From Anthoceros angustus (taxonomy: Eukaryota > Plantae > Anthocerotophyta), in NCBI GenBank assembly GCA_010909165.1, contig MU008158.1, forward strand, positions 2,319,478-2,383,477: a DNA stretch of 64,000 bases, written 5' to 3'. Within the stretch, counting starts at the first letter, position 1; every line of letters starts with the position of its first letter. The position numbers and the translations under genes were made by a program. Of the stretch, positions 10,816-23,200 are shown one piece after another. The notes below the pieces were generated by a model, which was given only the letters and a program-made list of their open reading frames with translations, had not been told where the DNA came from and searched no databases.

Positions 10816-13800
10816 GGGCGCCGGCGCCGGCGCCCTCCGCCTCATGCGATGGTGCCTGAGGCTGCTCCTGGTGTGAGGCGCCGCCGGCCGCGCCCGTTCA
10901 CCTCCGCTTCAGAGCTCGTCCGCCTCGACCGCTGATGGCGCCGACGCCGGGCCGGCGCCTCAACCACCTCCGCCGATGTCGAACCCGGGGTGTTTCATAA
11001 GGCATGAAACCCCGCATCCTCGTCTGTAGCGTCCGAATTTTCTTCATCCGAATGTCGTGATATGCATTGGCCCATAGTCTTCATCCTCGGGGCCAAATCG
11101 TGCCCTCCTCGTTGTCGCTTCCTTCTTCCTCCTCGCCACGCACTCGGCTCTTGCGCCACGCCATGACCTCCTGTGAACGATGCTTTGTGTGATTTCCGCA
11201 CACAACGTCCGATGAACATTCCCCATCACAGCCTGCGCAATGAACAATGCTCGATGTTAGAGACAACCGTCGAAGCAAAAACATTGGAAAGCGAAATTGG
11301 ATCGAGTTGCGAATACCGATTGCTCGCCTACATTCAAGCTCCAAAAGCTGGGGTTCGCATTTCTTGATCACAAGATTGTTGAACCCGATCTCGAACGCCT
11401 GTATAGCTCGGGACCTGGCACCGCATCAAATTCTTGGGGCCTTGTAATGCGAATCGTACAGGATCCCCATTGGACATGTCCAATGTTGCCCACACTAGCC
11501 ACCGTTGATTTGGCAAAGGCATCCTTGTAACCCATAATCCAGCTTGTATACGGCCCAAAAACATGCTCTCGTTGCGGATCTGAACAACCATCCAATCCTT
11601 GTCCAAGACCTTCACCGCATCCAGAGCTCCAGGCCGTAATGTCTCCCTCGGTCATGGCGAAGGAATAGGAGCCACCCTCTTCCCACCCTTCTCCACTCTC
11701 CATGGCCTCCTCGATTTTGTTGTGGAAGCCTTGCCGACCCCAGCCTGACTTGAGTCCCCCGCGAAGCTGCCCGCCTGCACCTGCTAGCATGTCCTCCCAA
11801 AGATGAGGTCTTCCATGCAAATCATCGGGCGCCTTCGCCAATGTCTTTGCTTTTCCGCCACTGCTTTCTCGTCCTTGACAGCTCGGGGGATTCCGGCCGC
11901 CTGATCCTTCTTGCTTCGCCCCATCGCCATCACCTTCAATTTCGATAGGCCAATTCATGGGCCTTCCTTCTCTGTAATCACGACCCCAATTAACAAAGCG
12001 TCAATGGATGCACAAATGCAAACACGGAAAGTGAGAAAACCAAAGCGCCCCGTCTCACGCACCTGCTCGCCGCAATCAAGGGGTTAGAGATGGCGCCCGC
12101 ACTCGCCACCGCCTCGAGAAGTCTGACCCGCCACGCCTCCGCCGCACAAAGCCGGGAATTGCTCGCCGTTCGTGAGGATTTGCGCCCACGCCGGTTTTGT
12201 ATGCCCAAACTTGCTTTTGCCCGGCCGTAACTCGCTCACCTCCAATAATTACTTTAAGTTAGGGTTTCGGTTGCTCCAACTAGCCGATGGTTCGAACCGG
12301 TGGTCACATTATTAACGCCGCCATGTTGTACATACAATGTTAACGTCACCGCTTTTCCCATTGCGTGGGTTTGTTAATTACAAACCATAATGACTTTCCG
12401 TTACCGCAAGCATTAGTAACTTAACGACGTTTTCTTCAACAATGGTTTTATATGGTTGGTGATTATCCATCAAACGGCCTCCCGGAAGGCTTAGACATTT
12501 CAACGTATCTGTTAGAATGAACCTTGCCTTCTTTCATTCCTCCACCGTCCTACCTCGGAAGACGCCCAACAAAATGCTTCGCGCCACTCACTCGCAGAGG
12601 ACGACGATGTAAGTTTTGCGCTCCGAATGTCGCCGTCGTGGATGCGTGCGTGCAACATGTCCTCATTCCCTGCTTTGATTGTGCTTGACTGCGGATGGTG
12701 AGGTCAATCCCAATATGAAAGACATCTTCCGAAAAGCAACGGACGAGGAGAAGAGCGGACTGAATGCCCCAAGCGTCCGCAAGGTCGCCGAAGACATCTC
12801 CGCCTCCTCGCCACCACGGGTCTGAAGGTTTGTTTCATCACCGGATTCTAATGGAGGTTGACTTTGTGAATTTTATCCTCTACTAACTGTCAAGTCTTTG
12901 CATACAGGCCGAATCGAGGTGGCCGACATCGCCGGCCTCGGCCTCCCTACCATTCCGAGGTGCCCGCCATGGACACCAAGAAATCTTAACCGGTATGCCG
13001 CCTGGAAGGATCTCCATGCAAACAACGGTGTGAGCAATGACCGCTAGAAACCGAGGCCCTCCCAAGGGCTCAATGCGTGAGGCATTGTTCACGCAGCGGA
13101 GTCCGCCACGCACCATCGACGAGAAGCCGCGGCAATCCAATGAATGAGGCGACGATTTCATCAGCCCCGAGATCGACATCCGCCATCTTATCACCCCAAA
13201 CCGGAGTGAGACTTTGGTGTCTGCAGACTACGAGTGTCCGGGAAGAGGCGAGTGGGGTCTCAATGAGGAAATGTGAAGTCGAAAGTATCAACATTGATTT
13301 CGAAAGGCATGTTGCAATGTGTCTCTGTGATTGACAAAAGAAAGGTTTCGTGAACAACGATATCGCTATTTACGGATGGGGAGGCGAGGAAACATTTTGG
13401 AATCCGATACAAAGTTGTGCGACAGATCGGTAACGCCAAAGTTGTGACTCATCTTGGGCCGGATCCTTTAGATCGCTTCTTTAAGAGTGTATTGCCTCGG
13501 CCAAGTATGAAGAGTTGAAGAGTAGAGTCATTTGAATGCACCGTGGGATGCTATGAGGCGAATCCAAAATAGCCTCACCATGCATTAAGTGCAATAGCTG
13601 GATGGACAATGCTTTCCTCAACATGGTGAGAGACTTCCAAATATCGAGGTCTTCAACACGACACATACACAAAACTAGAAATTTGGAGTGAATATAGGCG
13701 GCATTGTGAACAAAGAGGTGCAGTGACTACGCCCGGTTCTTGAAGCTATGGAAAGGGCACTTCAACAGGTAAAGATTCCAAAGTCTATGATTCTCTACTT

Positions 13801-14040
13801 GCTCATGTCTGGATTGAAAACAACTATCGAAATACAATCTCAAAGGTTGATCAAGGTAAGTTACATTATCCTTATCCCTTGTTTTCCGGCATCTGAGGGT
13901 TGTTGACCATGTGGGCCAAACCCTCAATGGCGATGTATATGTAGTATGTGAATGGCTTGTGGGACATGTGTCAGTGGGCGCGTGCGCCCACCTGTCTCAC
14001 CTTCTAGGAGGTTCCCCACGGTCATGCGGCGCGTCGGCGG
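10816..14040. repeat. Tandem duplication, copy 2
   Basis: See copy 1. Homology ends at ~14030 (GTCATGCGGCGCG), where unique transposase intron sequence resumes. Confidence 0.95.
10830..11958 (-). pseudogene. Duplicated 5' fragment of the ParB-methyltransferase gene
   Basis: Same peptides as 7611-8680 (GRQGFHNKIE, KVLDKDWMVV, WIMGYKDAFAKST, GPEDEDYGPM). Confidence 0.65.
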
Positions 14041-16059
14041 CCAGTGCAAGCATGTGCCTATGACATTGCTTGGGCCCCCCGGCATCTGCACTATTACCAT
14101 CGACCTTGCGGGAATGAGGTCGGGGCCGGGCGCGGTGGCCGGCGCCCCCAACCACATTAAGTATTGTATGGCCCGACCTTCCGGGCTTGGAAATGCTCGA
14201 CAAATGTGTTACGATTATATCATTTAAGGTCCGTCGTAGGGTGGAGAGGGGGTGGAGGAAGGTCAAGTTTGCGGTGTCCGTGACATACATTGCCACATGT
14301 CGGAGAGTGATGCTGGCCACGATGATTGCTGGACATCATACTATGTTTTTTGTCTTGTAAGTTGACAACTTTAAAGGGGCTCACAAACTACGGTGTGCAT
14401 ATGTTATGTGCAGAGAAATATCAAACAGCATTGGACGCCCACCGCGAGCGACTGTTAGCCGAGCGTGCGAAGATGACAAAACACCGGAGCAAGAGTTATG
14501 TTGAACCACATAAGTATATGCTGCTATGTATCGATGGCATGGACCAGAAGAAGACAGAGCTACCGCACATGTTGAGGTGGCCCAAAAACCTAGACGAGGA
14601 ATGTCGCATTTCCGTTCACGTGGTCGGGTGCATGATCCACAACTACACCCACAAAGCCACGGCGTTTTTGCACTCGCCAACCTCCGGAATGATGCCAATT
14701 TGACTATCAGCGTCATTCAAGATGTCATCCACAACTATGATGGTGTGCTGCCCAGTGTGTTGTATTTGCAACTTGACAATACATGTCGGGAGAACAAGAA
14801 TCAGCTATTGTTTGCATATTTGAACATGCTCGTTGATATGGGCACGTTCGAAAAAGTGAAGGTGGGATTCCTCTTGGTTGGTCACACCCATGATCAAATA
14901 GACGATGTTTTCCTGCTTTTCCAAAAGCCTTAAACACAAAGAAGCGCATGCGCTACCCGTATTGGCAGACATTCTGCGGGAGGCATATACTCCCTCTCCA
15001 GAGGTGAAGGTTCTGGAGGTTCCAGATTTCGGACATATGTCCGCCAATAGGGCGGGAGGAGGTCAAGTATGCGGGTGAAGAAGTTGAATAATCTGTCATA
15101 CCAGCACCAGTTCAAAATTACGCGAGGACAAACTCGACCGCCCGTCACGCCATCGGAGCAAGCAAGATTCAACTTCACCGCTTTGGGAAACGGAGGTTTG
15201 GAGTTTTAAATTTCGCTCCTTCCGAGGCCATAACGCGCTTTGATGTCCTTACGCACGGATAAAAAGGAACGCACACACACCCAAGGTGTGGCTCATTTGA
15301 AGGATGGGTTAGTGGGTTTGCGACCTTATGTAACAGCCGAAGAGTACAAGTGGTGGGAAGAATTCTGGGTTGACCAGACCGAGATTGCTGTTATTGTCGA
15401 AAACCACATCGGCCTTGTTCTGGACCGTCCTTGGAAATGGTTCTCCCGTGCTGAAGAGGAAGAGACAGCGCAGCCCCTTCATGTACCTGATGAAGCTTTG
15501 CTAGAGGAAGCACTGTTGAGGGAGCTTCCCCAACGAGATATGTACCTGGGAGCATATCAAAACATTGGAAGGCAGCAGCGTGAAATGGCGCTTGAATGGC
15601 GATATTGCGTAGATCAAGAAGGAATGTTCCTCGCAGCCATGCACCAACATACACAACCTTTACGGATTGGGAAAGTAGCAGACGTGAAGTTGGATGCACC
15701 ACAACCTCACTTTCTTATCCAGTATCGGACGGATCATACGATGCGTCTGGCGGTATGTAGAGGAATATATACTACGAGGCAAACAAGATGGGCGGGCACT
15801 TTGGGGAAAAAGGAATAAGGTATTTTATCCCAAAACATACAGAGGTCTATGTCAATGATGAATCATCCTTTATTACGATTTTATTTTGAATGCACGGAAA
15901 CATTTGTATGCGGTGGACAAAAAGGCGATCAGGGACAAATTGAGCGAATTGCGCGGATTCATACAGCCAGCCAGTCAAAGTGTGGCAGAGGATAGCGATG
16001 ACAATATTGGGGACGCTGGGCCAAGCGATGACGAAGGCGTGAACTCGGGGGACGAATAG
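12574..16059 (+). pseudogene. DDD-type cut-and-paste transposase (RNase H fold; Sola-like / DUF7869-like), intron-containing, frameshifted as assembled
   Basis: Motifs: F.KLWK.HF..VKIPK..FS.C (13736-13815); phase-1 intron 13856-14413; ALDAHRERLLAER; CIDGMDQKK (14530); ND(A)NLT; LYLQLDNTCRENKN (14775); VGFLLVGHTHDQID (14901); YQHQF; acidic tail ending at TAG 16059. The superfamily assignment is from recalled motif similarity. The start codon is uncertain. Confidence 0.8.
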
Positions 16060-16279
16060 CTATTGAGCGTAGGACTGAACCATTCTCATTAGGGGTTGTA
16101 TGGATGTGGCTCCCACTTCACGTGTCCATTACGCCCATCCTTTCCAACTTAATCGCGATGGAGCGTGGCCGGCGCCCCATTCCTCGTGTTGCCGGGTGCA
16201 TAACTTTATTCAATTGAAGTAGAAATTGCAATTGATGGTGTTGTCACGCAGTATTGATGGCTGTCACGTATTGATGGAC

Positions 16280-16510
16280 CGTGTCACGCGAATATGGTGC
16301 GTGTGATCGGGTTTGGGGTAGTTGTGTGCAACACCACGGCATGCAACATGACCCCCCTACTGCAAGGTTCTGTTCTATGCCATTCCAAAGGAAGTGGTGA
16401 CCATGCGATATCAAACATGTGGAATGTGTCCTTGTGGACAATGGCGAGGGGGCGCCGGCCAGCCGCCGCCCACTCGTGGAACATGCCACGCCGCACCACA
16501 TCCACCTGTT
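16280..16510 (-). pseudogene. Possible degenerate RING-type zinc finger
   Basis: ORF 16244-16576 reads WCGVAC...CLISHGHHFLWNGIEQNL...CCMPWC, resembling C-x2-C...CGHxF...I..l...C-x2-C with substitutions. Confidence 0.25.
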
Positions 16511-17299
16511 CAAATTCATTCTGAAGGAACTGGTGCCCAAGTGGATAGCAAACATGTTCCATGTGACCTTCCACATGGTGAGGCAGGAGGGCGCCGCCGG
16601 CGCCCATCCCCTTGCCTCACCACCTGTTCAAAATAGGCGAAGGATCACACATTACACGAACGGAAACAAAATTTTCTTCCCATAAATATGTTGATGGTTT
16701 GAACGTGTCCGAAATTGCATAACCCTTCCATAGTGGCGCTCGATTCGCATTGCAACGGTATTGCTTGACCGCACATGTGGTGCATAGTGGGTCTTGTTTT
16801 GGCGAAACAAATGGTTAAGGGAAGAGGGTCACCCTTCTCATATGAACCAACGGAAAACTCGTATGATCCAAGAGCCGGACCCTTTTTTCGATGGTTTTAA
16901 TAGCTGAACCCACGCTTTTAGACCCATCACCAACCCTCGGTTATTCACAAAAACCCCATCGAGGATATTCCCCTTCAAAATTTATGGTGTTACGCATTTT
17001 GGCCCGCTTTTCCATTCTCCCTTGGCCTTGTCAACCCCGCTTTTGCCCCATTTTCCATGTGGCCACGCTTGCTTATTAATTGACAACCCATACAGTGCCT
17101 TCTTTCGGTGATTTGGGTCCATGAACTCGCTCTTCCACGGAGGTTCGTCGCTTTGATAGCCGCCCCCACTTCAAGGGAATGCGGTTTCACACAAAGGTGA
17201 TTCCGACACGCGGCCTCCACAATTTTCATGCACCATTGTCGGAAGGTCGGAGAACTTGCGGGGAATGTCTCGCCCATGCCTTGCTACCGGACCGCGAGA

Positions 17300-20200
17300 A
17301 ACTTGCCGGACGGAGGCTATTCCATGAGCCCTGCGTCATGTGTCCACGCTGTGGCCCCTCCGCCCCTCACGTTTCTATCCTATCGGCGGTGATGCCCTGT
17401 CCCGTCGCCTTCCCTATCCATGTCTCCTGCCTCCCGCTTGCACTACAACCCCTAGTCCGGCCACCCGCGACGCACCTCATATGAAAAGCGCTCAAGAGGT
17501 TAAGGGCTCTCCATGTCCACAAGCAGTGCATCGCATTCCACTCCCACACCATCTCCTCGCAGGGATCCCCGTCGCAATACAAGCACACTGCCACCGCCTA
17601 TGTGCGATACATGTCCGGGAGGTAATTTGTACACTTCAAGCCCGCCAGACGCCATGTCCCTCGCCACTTGCATGTCCTACAAAACATTTTGTCGTCATCA
17701 AGAATCGCTGGTGTTCACATTCGTGACGGGACGCTCACTTACCCTCGGCAATGCTATCGGAGGAAGCGGTGGCACCTCGGTGCAACATTGGGCGCATCGT
17801 GGTCCGGGACATAGTAGTCGTTGTCGTCCTCCTCGTCTACCCCATATGCAAAGGGCCCTGTGCCAGCCAGCCGCCTCCTCCTGGAAGGCCTCAGCGAGGC
17901 GTGGCCAGCTATGTCATCGTCTCCCGACCTCATTTTCCTCACCACATGCAAGTTCCACACCCTAACGAAAGTCGCCACTGTCCTCATGGTGGGCATGAAT
18001 GCTGCAAGGAATGTATGTGCCAAGGGTTCGTGGTATCCAACTCACTACGCCCCGCAGCTCCAACATGTACCTCTTATGCAGAAGCCCACTTCTCCTTCAG
18101 CGCCTCCGGGCGCTGCCTCACACCCACGCACTCCACCACCAACCACGCCTGCTATGTCCGCACGGCCCGGCCGGAAGTTCCAGAGCCGCATTCGTGAAGC
18201 ACATTGCGGCAAATCCCTTCACATGACATCCAAGATCCACCTTACGACAGTAACCGATGGCCCCGAATGAAGTTCCTCCGCTCTCGCGCCCGCCTCGGTT
18301 CAGTCCTCAACTAGGTTGTGCTCCGCAGGAAATCGGACCGAATCCGCTGGTGCCCAAACCACGCACCGCCTCCGCACGCCTTGTAGATTGTTCTGCCCGC
18401 TTGTTGTCCTCCGGCCGCGTTATGTAGTGCGTTGCCCCATCTATGGCCGCACTCAAGTGGAACATGTACATCTTGTCGACCGCAAAGACAACACTCGCAC
18501 TGCTAGCTTGTGCGCGCGCTATCTGACCCGACCACCATGTGCTCCAAGTTCGACACTCCATGTGCCACATGTACACATTGTTCGTATTGCACTACCGAAT
18601 GCGCAGCGACCTCATTTTCCATGGCCTCCGGTGCATGGCTCGCAATGCCGCCACCGCCTGGCACGAGCACACTGCCCGCAGGCCCGCACAATCCTCACTC
18701 CCAGTTCACCACCGCGTGATGGTCACATTTTGTAGGATGAGGTTGCGACGTCTTCTATTGTTCTGGACCAGAGCCTCTCCATCACAGGCACCGTGCGGCC
18801 ACCTCCTCAACGTCGCGGTGCACATCCCGGCCGCGAGCCCTTTCAATGTCCGCCTCCTCCGCCTCCGCGATGTTCCTCAAAGTCTCCACTTGAAAGGGCA
18901 CCGCCGACTGCCTTCCTTCCTCTCCGCCGCGCCTGCTTTCGATGAGGGCTCGTGATCGTCTCCACCTCCGACACTTCGCTTTCCTCCCCTTCCTCCATCG
19001 GATCCCTCCTGCCCTCTCCGCGCCTCGGCCTCCATCTCCCCTTGCAGACGCCCATCTCCCCTCCGCCCGCCCACCGCACATCGGCGGCCTCACCAAGACC
19101 CCCTCCGCCTCCTCCTCTCATTGCCTGCCCTCCGCCCCTCCGCCTGCCCTCCGCCTGGGCCTCGGCCCGCCCCTCCGCCTCGGCCCGCCCCTCCCTCCCG
19201 GTTGCACACGGCCCGCCCCTCCCCTTCCTCCCACCCGCCCGCCCACCCGCCCCTCCTCCGCCCCTCGTCATCACCCGGATGGCGCTCACGGCCCGCCCGC
19301 CCTTCCTCCTTCCCGCTCCGCCCGCCCGCCTCGGCCCCTCCGCCTCCTCCTCCGCCTCCGCTCCGCCTCCGCCTCCCCACTCCGCCCCTCCTCCTCCGCC
19401 TCCGCCTCGGCCCGCCCGCCTCCCCTCCATCCAACCCCATCGTCCGACCCCGTTCACGCCATCCACCCGCCCCTCGTCATCACCCTCATCTCCCCTCCGC
19501 CCCTCCCCTCCGCCCCTCCTCCGCCCCTCCTCCGCCCGCCCCTCGTCATCACCCTCATCTCCCCTCCGCCTCGGCCCGCCCCTCCGCCCCTCGTCATCAC
19601 CCTCATCTCCGGCCCCATGATCACTGCAGTGTTTCGGACTGGCCTATCCCCACACTGCGTGGTCTCCCGGTGGGATTCACTACTTGGAGCCGCGTCGGGT
19701 TCAAGACCGAGCACGCCACTTGTTCCATCTCGACAATGCGTGGTTTCCCTCATCTCCCAGATGTTTTTCCGCCACACGCTTGTTTCATGAAATGAACTAT
19801 GTGCCTTATTCACTTGACGCTTTGGGTTGCTTGACCCCATGCCTAAGGACATTCATGCCGCTTGCTTTCCACAAATCCACGATACAATGTTTCAAAGAAT
19901 ACCGACCCCACCATTATTCCTCGCCTTTCCACCCCACAACTCTACGGTGATAGGCCACTGGTGTGTGCACGTTGAAGAGAAACACGAGACTCTTTGTAGC
20001 AAGCCCCCCAACACTCGGGAATTTCGGGCTCCCATATATCGCGCGGCTCGAGGATGAGCACAAAGCCTCCTTCGCAAAGAAGCTCACAGCCTTGTCCACG
20101 TACAACACATACGCATCCTGGTTGTCAAGGAGAAACGGCAACCGACATTGCCGACGGCACCCCTCGCCGACCCGGGCAATTGTCATTCGCCCCGCCGATC

Positions 20201-23200
20201 CGCATGCCATCGCCAACATGCCCATGTAGTCCCCGCCCGTCCACACATCTAAGCGGAACTGTCGGGCCGGTCCATACACGATGCACCAGAGTGTCACATC
20301 CCCACTCCACCCAGCCCACCCATCGCCTTTGCGGTGTCTCGCGCATGCTCCTCGTCAGAGGATGCATGGCGTCCCAGCCCAGCAGCATCGTGTCCACCAC
20401 CGCGCATGGTACACGCGGTCCGCGATCGAACCCACCCACGTACACCGGGTCGACCATCGTCACCAAGCACAAGATGACTTTGCATCCGCCTCACCACACC
20501 ACCACCATTGCGCACTCTTCAACGCGCGGCCAACTCCATCGCCTTAGCATCCCCTTCTCCTTCCGTGTTGGACCCGCCCCAACCCACCAATCCGAGTGAG
20601 GCTCCTTGTTCTTCGCAGGCCTCCGCAATTCAAATGTGTCCATGTGCTGAAATAGATACCCTCGGTGCATGTCGCAACCCCCGTCCACAACTGCATTGCC
20701 CACCTCTCATCCGGAGCATCCTCCACTGCATGGTTCCATCCTGCACGCACCAAAACCACCCACGAGTCCAAGCCCGCATTTTGTCTCCTCCAGTCGCCTC
20801 AAGACATGCGCCACCATGTCCCGGTCCATCCGCTTATGCGACGCCGAATGTCGTCGGCAAGCGCTCGCGAACACCGGCATGGACGGCGATGATGTCGGCG
20901 TCCTCTACCCCGTCGTCCGCGGAACGCCGCCGCCGCCATCGCCGCCCACGCCTCGTGTCCTCGCCGCCCCAACGGATCCGCGCCTGTGGCCCCATCCCAA
21001 AACAACCGCATCGAGCCACCGCCTTCTTCGTTCCATGCTCAATGATGCTCTCCCTCCTTAGCCTTTGCCCGCGACCCCAACCCCAACCCCACTGCTCACG
21101 CCGCCTCTGTCTTGCATGTACCCACCGCACCGACCGCGATTGAAGTTCCCAATGTCCCTTCACCCATGTGGTTTCGCCGATTTTCGCGCCCCGCCGCCGA
21201 AACGGTCCCGCTCGCCCGATGACCCGCCATGGCTCCACGATTTCCACAACTCGGACCGTCGGAGAATGGAGTCCTCCAACGCGGCGCGCGCATGGACTCT
21301 TCCCTTCCGCTTGAAATTGAATAAGGCGGGCATCGCGATTTTCGGAGGCACCGCAGAGGCGCGATGTCATTGCTCCTCCTCGCCACACTTTAAGATTCCT
21401 CGCACGCACCGCCACGTTGTCCTTCTCGACCGCAGGTGCATTAATTCGCCTCCTTTTGTGTGCACAAGCTACCTCCTTCGCCCCACATACTCACAAGAAC
21501 ACCGCAGCCAATGAACACGCAACTTGCGCTCATCAATAATTACCAATGGGATGGCATTTGAAACATGTAGTCCACAATCCCAATCGAACATCACACATCA
21601 CACATCACGACTTGGCCACCTCTACAATGGCTCGGCAATCTACGCTAGGCCATGCCATAAACCGTGTTGTGAGAAATGGCGGTCGCACCCCTCGCGCACA
21701 TAGTGTCCTCGAGTCATACAATGGAAGGAGCAATGTCCCGATGCACGCATGGCTGGGAGCGTCTCCGTCATCAATGGTACTTCAAACACCACAATTGGCG
21801 CCTCACCAAAGAACACGCGGTCCGTTATGAAGGTGTGCCGCCCGTCTGCAAAGACAACCTACGACTGCCGTCCGAACATGGTCTTCACTGTGGTGCATGC
21901 CTCAAAGGTCGTCCCTGCTGTGAAGTTATCAGTACATCCTTGAGCACCGGAGAAAAAGACCACCTCCAAAGATAACGTGTTCACAATGGGCATCACCAAA
22001 GGCCCAAGCTGCACCACAAGTCTGAACCCGTCCCACAAGCCCCAACATGCAAGCACTTTTAAACAAGACCTCCTCGGTTAGCCTCTCTGGACCATGCTCA
22101 CCTCCATGCCAAGCTGGTCCCGGACGGCGCAAAATGTCGAAAAACTCCGGATCCCAGCCGTGATGAGGGCAACGGCCTCCTTGATGGCCGCATGTTGCCG
22201 TCCGCACTTGCCCATGAGGCCTTCTTCAAAGATAGACAACACACCCATCACCTCCGGGTAGCACGCTTTCATGTCCGCCTTGAAGGCCTTCCTCAAGAAC
22301 GATGAGCCCCGGCGATCTTGCCACACCTTCGCACGCCGTCCATCTGGCTGCCAAGGGCGTGTGCAATTGTGGCCACGGTCATGGGGCATGACACTTGCAC
22401 GCCGGTCGCCAGCACCATGTACACGAGGTAGCCAAAGAACCGAGCCTGTGAGTCGAGGCCTGCGTGTTAGAATGAAAGGCCTGCAGGCTATGATGAACAC
22501 TCCACACACACGCGACTCACCACACAATCGCTCATCCGCGAGATGGACTTCCCCTTTTTGATGTGGTGCAGTGTCCCCGAGCCCCCGGGGTTGTCCCTCG
22601 CCTCAAACACGCAGTTCATGAACATGGGATTCTGCCAGAATTGCCGCCATGCCTCGCCGATGCGCGGCCAGTGGCCAACCGCCTCCGCCTGCAACTACCC
22701 CCATGCCGGGTTGCGTCTTGGACATGGAACTGGGAACAGACTTCCCATCACAATGTTGCTTGAAGAGGTCGACAGGGCCCGCATTCCGCGAGCCTCACCG
22801 CACCCGCAAATGAAAGTGGCGGCGGCGCCATCGGGCACTTCAATGGCAAGAGGCGCAGGAGGTCCTACCTTCAAGACAATCCGCCTCTTACACAGCGATG
22901 CTTTGCCCGTGGATGGGCTCCAGTGGTATTTGTGAGGGCGAACCGCGATAGCGGAGTTGGCGGCATCGTGGGCCTCTTGCGCCACTTCCGTAAACCGCCG
23001 ACGTCTCCTCACAAAGTACGCGCCGCCGGACGCCTTCCATTCTCGATCGCCGCAGCGCAGCAACCTCCTCATCAGCAGTGGCGGAGGTTGGTTGTGGCCC
23101 ATGTCTCCAAAGAAGTCCTCGGGCTCTATGGCCCCGAGATCGAGGCCCCACGCTTCCAGCTTCAAGAGCCTCGCGGCGCGGCGATCGATGAAGCCTTCTA

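Noticed and set aside
19827-20229. Ulp1-protease-like look on the plus strand (LFLAFPPHNSTVIGHW; RNGNRHC)
   Set aside because: The motifs are incomplete and in different frames, and the neighbouring splice signals and ORFs favour the minus strand as coding.
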